Below, piece by piece: positions 25,777-32,525 of a stretch of DNA of 32,525 nt; positions within the stretch are counted from its first letter, which is position 1, and each line of letters opens with the position of its first letter. The DNA is from a virus (taxonomy: Duplodnaviria > Caudoviricetes). The notes beneath the pieces are model-generated. The model ran no database searches, was not told the DNA's origin, and was given only the letters and a program-made list of their open reading frames with translations. A program made the position numbers and the translations under genes. The stretch spans positions 1-32,525 of the IMG/VR virus record IMGVR_UViG_3300036715_002134; one strand, written 5' to 3'.

Positions 25777-25997
25777 ATACTGCCGACCTAACTATCGACT
25801 CACTTAGGGCTCTTACACGTGCCATCGACACTTATCTGTTCAGTCAGCATAAAGTGATTGAAAATTTACGCAAGATGGACGTTATCCCTTGGCACCTTGT
25901 CGAGGCGACACTTGACGAAATCGACCGAATCAAGGGTGTCCGTTCTCAAATCAACGTTTATTTGCCGGGCAAGCTGACTGCCAACGACGCGAGCTAA
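25773..25997 (+). CDS. Hypothetical protein
   Basis: ATGA coupling. Confidence 0.7.
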   Translation: MNTADLTIDSLRALTRAIDTYLFSQHKVIENLRKMDVIPWHLVEATLDEIDRIKGVRSQINVYLPGKLTANDAS

Positions 25998-25998
25998 A

Positions 25999-26277
25999 AT
26001 GAAACGCGTGACCAAGAAAGACAAGCAGCTTCTCGCCGGGTACTATTTACAGTACAAAATTCAAGACCTCCTTTTTCGTGCAATAAAAGATAATGGCTGG
26101 ACGGTCGGAAGGCTTGCTAGGGAGTGCGGCATTAAGAAAGAACAACTTGACTTGCTGCTGCGTGACCAAGATGAGCGGAAAGTCTCTCTTCTTTTGCTTG
26201 GCAAGCTTGCGTGCGCTCTCGGGCTTGAGTTTGATGTTTCACTGAAGTCAGAAACCCGAGGAAAAGTAAGTGTATGA
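25999..26277 (+). CDS. XRE/Cro-type HTH DNA-binding protein
   Basis: GWTVGRLARECGIKKEQLDLLL...SLLLLGKLACALG. Confidence 0.75.
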   Translation: MKRVTKKDKQLLAGYYLQYKIQDLLFRAIKDNGWTVGRLARECGIKKEQLDLLLRDQDERKVSLLLLGKLACALGLEFDVSLKSETRGKVSV

Positions 26278-26692
26278 AATTAAAGAAATCGGCCAGCAAA
26301 TCGCGCTGCAAGACAACCAGTGTACGGCCAACCCAATTTTTCTCGTAGAGCAAAAGGAAAGGCTTTACGGTTTTGATGAAAATTGCGGTGAGGGTCCAGT
26401 TTGGATTGATTCGGATGGTTATGAAGCTTCCGTCGAAGTGTCTGAAAAACTCGAAGACGATTACACGTCTGACTTTACTGAGCCTGACTTCTGGACTAGA
26501 ACTTTTTACAACGATTGTTGGCGGTTTGTTACCGTTTTCTTTACAGAAAAAGCCGCGCGCCAATACATTAAAGACAACGCCCACCATTTTAAGTACCCTC
26601 ATAATGAAGCACGCGTTTTTGTCGACTCATTAAATCGAAACTCGGAAATGAAGGCTGTACGTAACCACTTAATTGGACTTGCGAATGAGTGA
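26270..26692 (+). CDS. Conserved phage hypothetical protein (Ead-like)
   Basis: QDNQCTANPIFLV...FVTVFFTEKAA..YI..N.H...RNSEM..VR pattern. Confidence 0.7.
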   Translation: MYEIKEIGQQIALQDNQCTANPIFLVEQKERLYGFDENCGEGPVWIDSDGYEASVEVSEKLEDDYTSDFTEPDFWTRTFYNDCWRFVTVFFTEKAARQYIKDNAHHFKYPHNEARVFVDSLNRNSEMKAVRNHLIGLANE

Positions 26693-26912
26693 ACTAGACT
26701 GGCAAATTCGGCGCCAACTGGCTGTGAATCGAGTGGTAGTTCGATTGAACTCGATTGCGGAGACTATAGAAAAGGCTCACCCTGAAGCAGCACTTACCTT
26801 TCGCGCTGCTGATTTCGTGCTTGCCGTGTATAACTGGGCCGTAGAAGAAGAGCAGCGAATTAAAAAGGAAAACGATGAAGAATCTAATTGTACTTGCGGG
26901 AAAAGCCGGTAG
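26685..26912 (+). CDS. Hypothetical protein
   Basis: Overlapping ORF in the operon; ATG 26685 preferred as start. Confidence 0.6.
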   Translation: MSELDWQIRRQLAVNRVVVRLNSIAETIEKAHPEAALTFRAADFVLAVYNWAVEEEQRIKKENDEESNCTCGKSR

Positions 26913-27594
26913 CGGCAAGGATTATTTTGCTGATAGGCTGATTGAGAAGCTCGTCGAGAGCGATAAAACGTCTAAAGTTACCAAGACGAGTTTCGCTTTC
27001 CCTCTTAAGGAATTTGCCGCAAGTCTTGGTTTTCCTCGTGGCCTCTTGTTCGGCCCTTCTCAATACAGAAACTACACCTTGAGCAGGTACGAGAAAGACA
27101 CCATCGCAGGCTTTTCAAGGGCGGCTGCGTTGACTGGGCTTGAGACGTATTCAGGGGTTTGTCTTACGGCCACTCCGCTGGAGGCCTTTTTAGCGTGGAT
27201 GGACGAATTCGAATCTAAGCTCAAAAGCGAGGAACCCATTACGACACGATGGTTCCTTCAGGAGTTTGGCACAGGTTTTTGTCGGCGCTTTTTGGGCAAT
27301 GACGTGTTGGCCAACGCCGCCCTCAAAAACGCTGACCGCGCAATAAGTTTTCGCAATGACGTTGCAATCATCACCGATGGAAGGTTCGAAAACGAGCTTC
27401 GACTTTCAAAGGCCGCTGGAGCCTATGTCGTTCACATTGTGAACCCCTTGACGGCAAACGAGAAGACAACCCACATTTCGGAAGCACAAGACTTTGACTC
27501 TAGATGGATTGACTACGTGGTTGTCAATGACCGCAAAAGGGCCCTCGAAGTAGACTTAAACTACGTGGTTAATAGCGTGCTCAATGAAAATTAA
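26875..27594 (+). CDS. Deoxynucleoside monophosphate kinase (T4 gp1-like)
   Basis: GKAGSGKD P-loop, SFAFPLKE, TRWFLQEFGT, IITDGRFENE, HISE. Confidence 0.88.
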   Translation: MKNLIVLAGKAGSGKDYFADRLIEKLVESDKTSKVTKTSFAFPLKEFAASLGFPRGLLFGPSQYRNYTLSRYEKDTIAGFSRAAALTGLETYSGVCLTATPLEAFLAWMDEFESKLKSEEPITTRWFLQEFGTGFCRRFLGNDVLANAALKNADRAISFRNDVAIITDGRFENELRLSKAAGAYVVHIVNPLTANEKTTHISEAQDFDSRWIDYVVVNDRKRALEVDLNYVVNSVLNEN

Positions 27595-27784
27595 AATCAG
27601 CGACCGATTACCTGACTGGTACGTACAGGAAATCGTAGAAGAAATTACCAGCGGCCTCATGGACGCCGGATTTTTTTATGGTGCAAATTCAGCCAATGGC
27701 TACGGAAACAGTTTTACTCCTGACGCAAAACTCTCAGCCGCCGCCGATGAGTTCCACGCTTTAATCAAGTTTTTGATGAAATGA
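27584..27784 (+). CDS. Hypothetical protein
   Basis: Overlapping operonic ORF. Confidence 0.6.
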   Translation: MKIKISDRLPDWYVQEIVEEITSGLMDAGFFYGANSANGYGNSFTPDAKLSAAADEFHALIKFLMK

Positions 27785-27840
27785 TTATTTCTTTTACTGG
27801 ACACATGCCCGACAAACTCGGTTCATCCTGTGCAGATTAG
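27781..27840 (+). pseudogene. 19-aa remnant of a SLOG/YpsA (DUF1273)-like gene
   Basis: ATGA-coupled MIISFTGHMPDKLG.. matches the hhhTGHRPxKLG N-terminus of the family, then stops. Confidence 0.55.
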
Positions 27841-27875
27841 TAGACTATACACTTTATTAACCCAAAGGACTTCCT

Positions 27876-28112
27876 GTGAACATTCCCCTTACAGTTTTTA
27901 TCCTTACTCGTGGCTTCAGTATTCAGGTCGTTAAGTCTGCGCACAACTCTCTTGCCGAAGCTATTGAAGCCGCGACATACAACCACTTGCTTACCAACAA
28001 GAAATACGACATTAATTGGCGTGACCGCAACGGTTTGACTTGCGGTTACGCTTCAGATGGCGTAAACTACGAAATCCATCAATTTACCATTAACGCTGAG
28101 GTAAACCTGTAA
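27876..28112 (+). CDS. Hypothetical protein
   Basis: AAGGA SD and GTG start. Confidence 0.7.
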   Translation: MNIPLTVFILTRGFSIQVVKSAHNSLAEAIEAATYNHLLTNKKYDINWRDRNGLTCGYASDGVNYEIHQFTINAEVNL

Positions 28113-28117
28113 TTTCC

Positions 28118-28324
28118 ATGAAACTCACTTATGTTACTCACGAAAACATTCGTTGGGGAGAATTTATTCGGCCGGGTGAAGGGTTTACTTTAGGCAAGTC
28201 GTATGAAGTTGTTTGTGTTGGAAACTTAAAAATTCCTTGGCATTCTCTTGAACTTAGTGTAATTGACGACTTCGGAGAAGAGAGACGAATGCTTGGCTGT
28301 CACTTTGAAGAACCACTCGAATAA
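28118..28324 (+). CDS. Small SH3-like hypothetical protein
   Basis: FTLGKSYEV...VIDDFG pattern. Confidence 0.65.
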   Translation: MKLTYVTHENIRWGEFIRPGEGFTLGKSYEVVCVGNLKIPWHSLELSVIDDFGEERRMLGCHFEEPLE

Positions 28325-28337
28325 ACACTTGGAAACC

Positions 28338-28712
28338 GTGAACATTAAGCAAGATGAAAGCGTGGACCATCCCGCAGTAGTTTTTATTGATGAGACTCAT
28401 GTCACCCCCACTGTTGTAAATGTACTCAAAACGCACCTTGCCGGTTACAACTTTGAGGTCTCCGTGAGACAAAGGGTCTGGTACGGGGCAGATGAGCCAC
28501 CTAGAGTCTGGCTAGACATTATCGTTAAGGATGCTGATGAAATCACGACTTCGCTTCTGAACTCGATTGATATTGAGTTTCTTCGCCCGGACTTTAAAGT
28601 GACGCTGTTAGTTAGCGACACAGACCCCGAAGACAGAAGCCTGAAAATTTCAGGCTACGTCAGTATGAAAGTTTTGATTGATATGTTTTTTGATTCATTC
28701 CCGTCCGAGTAA
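28338..28712 (+). CDS. Hypothetical protein (GTG 28338 likely start)
   Basis: Part of ORF 28263..28712; GGA precedes the GTG. Confidence 0.6.
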   Translation: MNIKQDESVDHPAVVFIDETHVTPTVVNVLKTHLAGYNFEVSVRQRVWYGADEPPRVWLDIIVKDADEITTSLLNSIDIEFLRPDFKVTLLVSDTDPEDRSLKISGYVSMKVLIDMFFDSFPSE

Positions 28713-28720
28713 AGGAAGCC

Positions 28721-29512
28721 ATGTCGCATTTTTGTACTATTGTTGTTGGTGATGACCCTGAGTCTCAACTGGAGCCTTTCAGGGAGTACGACGGTAGCCC
28801 AGACTTCGATAAGTCTCTTTTGACTTACGTCGACAGAACAGACGAAATTACGCGCATTTTCAACGATACCCTAGATGAAGTCTTCATTTCGCCTAACGGC
28901 AAAATTTACATTAAGTACGACAGAAAATTTGCCCCAGACTACAACTGTCCAAAGGGTTTCACTTGCAAGAGAATGCGCCCTAAGGACCATTACTCATCCC
29001 TAGAAAAGTTCGCGAAAGAGTGGGATGAGTGCCGCCCCATCCCAAACAAGCCGGGCCGCTACGGGTATTTGACTAACGAAAACGGCAAGTGGGACTGGCA
29101 CACCCTTGGTGGGCGTTACGAAAACCGGCTTGTCACTAAAACGGGTTGCTATGGCAACCAGTTTGCGGTAGGAGAGCTAGACTTCAAAGAAATGCGTGCC
29201 GCCCGGAAGAAGCTACGGCGAATGCAGTGGGGCGAGTACCTTAAAATGTGTAAGGAGTCGGGGAAAGAGTATTCCGCCGAGCTTTATGAGGTGAAAAGCG
29301 GTGATACAATGAAGACATATTCTAGTCGGGCAACACCCATTAGCGCGTTCGCTGTCTTGAAGGATGGAGTCTTTTACGAGAATGGTAAGGTTGGCTGGTT
29401 CGGAATGGTCTCAAAAGAAATGACGCACGACGACTGGAATTCCGAGCTAAACAAGTTGCTAGAAAGCCTACCTAAAGACACTCTTATCTCGGTTTACGAC
29501 TTGCACATCTAA
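28721..29512 (+). CDS. Conserved phage hypothetical protein
   Basis: MSHF..IV, N.NGKWDW..LGGRY, G.VGWFG, C-terminal YDLHI; AAGGA SD. Confidence 0.8.
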   Translation: MSHFCTIVVGDDPESQLEPFREYDGSPDFDKSLLTYVDRTDEITRIFNDTLDEVFISPNGKIYIKYDRKFAPDYNCPKGFTCKRMRPKDHYSSLEKFAKEWDECRPIPNKPGRYGYLTNENGKWDWHTLGGRYENRLVTKTGCYGNQFAVGELDFKEMRAARKKLRRMQWGEYLKMCKESGKEYSAELYEVKSGDTMKTYSSRATPISAFAVLKDGVFYENGKVGWFGMVSKEMTHDDWNSELNKLLESLPKDTLISVYDLHI

Positions 29513-29703
29513 TGATTCCCAAAGAAAACGCTATCCACTACTTGTTTTTGTGCAAGTATTACCTGGAAATCCCCACTTACACAATCGAGCACTTTAAAAA
29601 ACTAAATCTAGGGTTCGCTGAAGACGCCGTAAGGTTGAGGCCCATTAGCCCACAAATCCAAGAGTGGGCCGAAGGTGTGCTAAATGGAAACTCAATCGAA
29701 TAA
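29512..29703 (+). CDS. Hypothetical protein
   Basis: TAATG coupling. Confidence 0.6.
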   Translation: MIPKENAIHYLFLCKYYLEIPTYTIEHFKKLNLGFAEDAVRLRPISPQIQEWAEGVLNGNSIE

Positions 29704-29704
29704 G

Positions 29705-30079
29705 ATGAGCAATGTAAAGCAAGTTATTGTTATTCGCAAGGACCTCAAAATGAGGCGAGGCAAAGAAATCGCCCAAGGCAGTCACGCAAGCGTCAAGTGG
29801 CTCGCCAAACGTGTCGAAAACGGCAAAGTACCTCGTTTTAGCGCTAGCGAACAGGAGTGGCTTAAGGGCTCGTTCGCTAAGATTTGCTTGCAGGTAAATT
29901 CAGAGCATGAGCTTATTGAGCTTTGGGAAGAGGCAAAAGACGCTGGACTTACGGTTGAAGATATCGTAGACTCTGGCACTACCGAGTTCCACGACACCCC
30001 AACCTTTACGTGCATTGCCATCGGCCCCAACATTTCTGAAGAAATTGACAAAGTTACTGGACACTTAAAGTTGTACTAA
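29705..30079 (+). CDS. pth2: Peptidyl-tRNA hydrolase type 2
   Basis: KQVIVIRKDLKMRRGK..AQGSHAS, W......KICL, DSGTTE, TCIAIGP, IDKVTGHLKLY. Confidence 0.93.
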   Translation: MSNVKQVIVIRKDLKMRRGKEIAQGSHASVKWLAKRVENGKVPRFSASEQEWLKGSFAKICLQVNSEHELIELWEEAKDAGLTVEDIVDSGTTEFHDTPTFTCIAIGPNISEEIDKVTGHLKLY

Positions 30080-30090
30080 AAGGACACTTC

Positions 30091-30552
30091 ATGAGAAATG
30101 AAATTCGCGGGGATTTGCTCAATATTAAGTCCAATGCCATTTTGGTACATGGTTGTAACGCTCAGGGTGTTATGGGAGCGGGAATCGCCAAGCAAGTCAA
30201 GAATATGTACCAATCAAGCTACGAGGAGTACGTAGACTTTCTTAACGACTTCGAGAACCGAAAGGACTCCCTAGGCGAAATCTCAGGTGGTTGGGTTGGT
30301 CCTAGAGAGTCTAACCTTTTTCTTGTCAATGGCATTACCCAATTCGGGTGCGGTGGCGAAAGGCCAATGTCTTATGATGCTGTAGATGGCGTATTTAGCA
30401 AGGTAGGGGAAATCGCGAGGCAAACGGGATTGCATGTTTATTACCCGTCGATTGGGGCTGGACTTGGTGGCGGCGAATGGAGTATCATTCGCTCAATCAT
30501 TGACTTTAATCTCAGAAATGCCAATCATACCCACGTGGTGTACAATGGATAA
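30091..30552 (+). CDS. Macrodomain protein (Poa1p/DarG-like ADP-ribose processing)
   Basis: GDLL, LVHGCNAQGVMGAGIAKQVK, YPSIGAGLGGGEW. Confidence 0.9.
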   Translation: MRNEIRGDLLNIKSNAILVHGCNAQGVMGAGIAKQVKNMYQSSYEEYVDFLNDFENRKDSLGEISGGWVGPRESNLFLVNGITQFGCGGERPMSYDAVDGVFSKVGEIARQTGLHVYYPSIGAGLGGGEWSIIRSIIDFNLRNANHTHVVYNG

Positions 30553-30736
30553 AGATACGGTAAAGCTGCCTACTGATGCGTCGGCCAAGATTGCCGATAT
30601 GATTGGCGTTTTTGCTCGTTTCGTACACCAAAGTGAACTTATTGCGCGCGGGTCAAATCGGAACGAGGTGAGGAACGCGATTACAGCCATTGAAGCTCTT
30701 ACTTTGGTGCTATCCGACCTTAACCCACATGTCTGA
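30545..30736 (+). CDS. Hypothetical protein
   Basis: ATG 30545 overlaps the end of the macrodomain gene. Confidence 0.55.
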   Translation: MDKDTVKLPTDASAKIADMIGVFARFVHQSELIARGSNRNEVRNAITAIEALTLVLSDLNPHV

Positions 30737-30899
30737 CGAACTAGAAATCGCACAACTCAAAAGGGCCTTGCGAGAAATCGAAAACCTCGCTAAAGTAGAA
30801 CACGACCGACTGTTCGACTTTTTGAGTCGCCGCAACAAAACCATTATTTTTCTTGGTAGAATCATTAGAATCGCCAAAACCGCCCTAAATGCAAAATGA
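30729..30899 (+). CDS. Hypothetical protein
   Basis: ATG 30729 overlaps the upstream stop region; predicted helical. Confidence 0.55.
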   Translation: MSDELEIAQLKRALREIENLAKVEHDRLFDFLSRRNKTIIFLGRIIRIAKTALNAK

Positions 30900-31086
30900 C
30901 CCCACGTATCAGAAAAACCGTTTGTCGGCCTAAAACGGCATAAGTGGGCGCAATATTTAACGAGCAGCTTATCCAACCGTCTACGAGTACGACTCCTGCG
31001 GGTTGACTACTTCGTTATCGACGAGTAGAATACTCACGTGAATCAAGCCGAATGCGATGCTGTATTTTTTGGGAGAACCTTCACTA

Positions 31087-31284
31087 ATGACTTTCTGGGT
31101 TATTCTCTATTGTGTCTTTGGGGTTGCCACGGGGCTCATTCTCAACCGGATGGCTACCGTTGGCAAGAGACTTGAGTTCACTTTCGTTGACCGAGTTGCC
31201 CTGATGCTCATTGGCCTTGTGTTTTGGGTACCTATTTTGTCGAGTATGTATTATTACTACCTCAAGATGGAGAACGGAGAATAA
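31087..31284 (+). CDS. Small two-TM membrane protein
   Basis: Two hydrophobic segments with a FWVP motif; GGAG upstream. Confidence 0.65.
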   Translation: MTFWVILYCVFGVATGLILNRMATVGKRLEFTFVDRVALMLIGLVFWVPILSSMYYYYLKMENGE

Positions 31285-31481
31285 AAATGCACAAACCAGA
31301 AATTGGCTACTACGAAAAGAATTGGCCGAAGCTGATTTGCTAGTCACTCCCCCGCTCTGAAGGGTTCCTTTCTCGCGATGATGAAGCAGCGAAGGATAGT
31401 GACGCCCAAGCCTCTTTCATATGCGACACGAAAACGCTATTGTCTACCTGACACCTTCCTAATTGTAGCCACAAAAGACCC

Positions 31482-31748
31482 ATGACAACTAATCCTGAAA
31501 ATCTTCTTGGTTTCGACCGCGCTAAGCTTGGCACTTGGACAAACCCTTACACCGAGTTTAGCAACGATATGACTCAAAATAGCTTTTATCGGTGCTACGT
31601 TTGCGGAATCGTGAAACTTAACGCTTTCGTTTCAGATGGCTCCTTTAAATTTGCTGGAGAAGCATTTTTTGAGTCAAGTGACAAAAATAATTTGGACAAA
31701 ACGGTTTGCGGACAGTGTCTTTGGCTACGCGCATCGAATCCTCCTTAA
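31482..31748 (+). CDS. Small protein with CxxC...CxxC (possible zinc ribbon)
   Basis: CYVC and CGQC. Confidence 0.6.
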   Translation: MTTNPENLLGFDRAKLGTWTNPYTEFSNDMTQNSFYRCYVCGIVKLNAFVSDGSFKFAGEAFFESSDKNNLDKTVCGQCLWLRASNPP

Positions 31749-31770
31749 GGAATACCCATGACTAATACTG

Positions 31771-32220
31771 ATGAAACTTGTAAAATCCTTTCTGTCAATA
31801 CCGCCGAATAATATGTGTACCCAGTGTCAAGTTAGCTCAGACCTTTTGTTAGAGCCTTTTTATAAAGGGCCATCAAATACTGTTTTTGTTGTAAGGGCAA
31901 CCAAAGACAACACGCGGCAAGATGAACTACCTGTAAAAGCCGGCTATTTAGGGCTTGTATTCATTAACGACCCGTTCGTGTGGTTTGACCCTATTAGTGG
32001 TGAGGGTGTCGTGGCCTCAGAAGAAACCATTGGAGGGTTTTGGGAAAAATTCCCCAAGTACAATAAAAACTTGCAAACTCTATTCAGTGATGTTAAGTCG
32101 CACGCCGAGAAGTATCCAAAGACTGACCACCAAGCCTACTTGGAGAGGACAGGAAAAGGGTACGGATTTGAGGAAGCTTCACCCGAAATCGAAATCGACG
32201 ACCCCGATTACGGGTTTTAA
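31771..32220 (+). CDS. Hypothetical protein (start may be 31813)
   Basis: Long ORF; alternative start MCTQC. Confidence 0.65.
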   Translation: MKLVKSFLSIPPNNMCTQCQVSSDLLLEPFYKGPSNTVFVVRATKDNTRQDELPVKAGYLGLVFINDPFVWFDPISGEGVVASEETIGGFWEKFPKYNKNLQTLFSDVKSHAEKYPKTDHQAYLERTGKGYGFEEASPEIEIDDPDYGF

Positions 32221-32222
32221 TC

Positions 32223-32477
32223 ATGACTTCTGACTGCACACAGGCTAAACGGCGTATTTTAACACAAATCGACCGCTGGGCTGAAGGCCGCCATCACCAC
32301 CCAATGTCTAAAAGGCTCTTGACTTTTCTCAAAGAGCACGACTTGGCCGACCATAACGGCTATTTTGACTGGAAGTCAGGTGGAGATGGCGACAACGGGG
32401 AGATTTTAATGTTCCAGATGGACGCCTTTTTCGAGTTTCTAGACGCGAAAGCTCTTGACAATGACAACGAAAGCTAG
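32223..32477 (+). CDS. Hypothetical protein
   Basis: FDWKSGGDGDNGE.LM..MD.FFE motif; directly follows the upstream stop. Confidence 0.7.
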   Translation: MTSDCTQAKRRILTQIDRWAEGRHHHPMSKRLLTFLKEHDLADHNGYFDWKSGGDGDNGEILMFQMDAFFEFLDAKALDNDNES

Positions 32478-32525
32478 TAAATGGAAGTTCACCAAGCCCG
32501 CATACGCCTGTTTAAGCATCGACAC

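Noticed and set aside
1-32525. tRNA genes, CRISPR array, intron/intein, integrase or transposase, stop-codon recoding
   Set aside because: No cloverleaf, spaced direct repeats or mobile-element motifs seen by eye; recognisable genes are full length and uninterrupted in the standard code

Overview
A 32.5-kb segment of a large tailed dsDNA phage with a contractile tail (myovirus, probably jumbo-type), about 50% GC and read in the standard genetic code. The genes are split by strand. The + strand carries putative early/middle genes behind sigma70-like promoters: RNase HI, ClpP, an RlaP-type nucleotidyltransferase, a GNAT, RtcB, an AAA+ ATPase, PIN-PhoH, dNMP kinase, PTH2, a macrodomain and many small ORFs. 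The - strand carries putative late genes: tail tube, an 848-aa sheath, neck/tail-like proteins, a repeat-rich fibre-like protein, a holin-like pair and a membrane-anchored ClpP. Main observations: (1) A TAATCT hexamer precedes nine - strand genes. In five cases it lies exactly 7 nt before a start codon with no Shine-Dalgarno (SD), suggesting a late promoter that makes leaderless mRNAs. (2) Three late, low-complexity proteins are punctuated by hydrophobic-x-K motifs (possible maturation sites) and carry unexpected domains: a T3 SAM-lyase-like domain plus a perfect CCHC zinc knuckle, a degenerate mCpol/GGDEF-like domain, and a GNAT. They may be virion-delivered anti-defence cargo. (3) There is a dispersed RNA-repair and translation-rescue toolkit. 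All family assignments come from motif recognition by eye; no searches were run.
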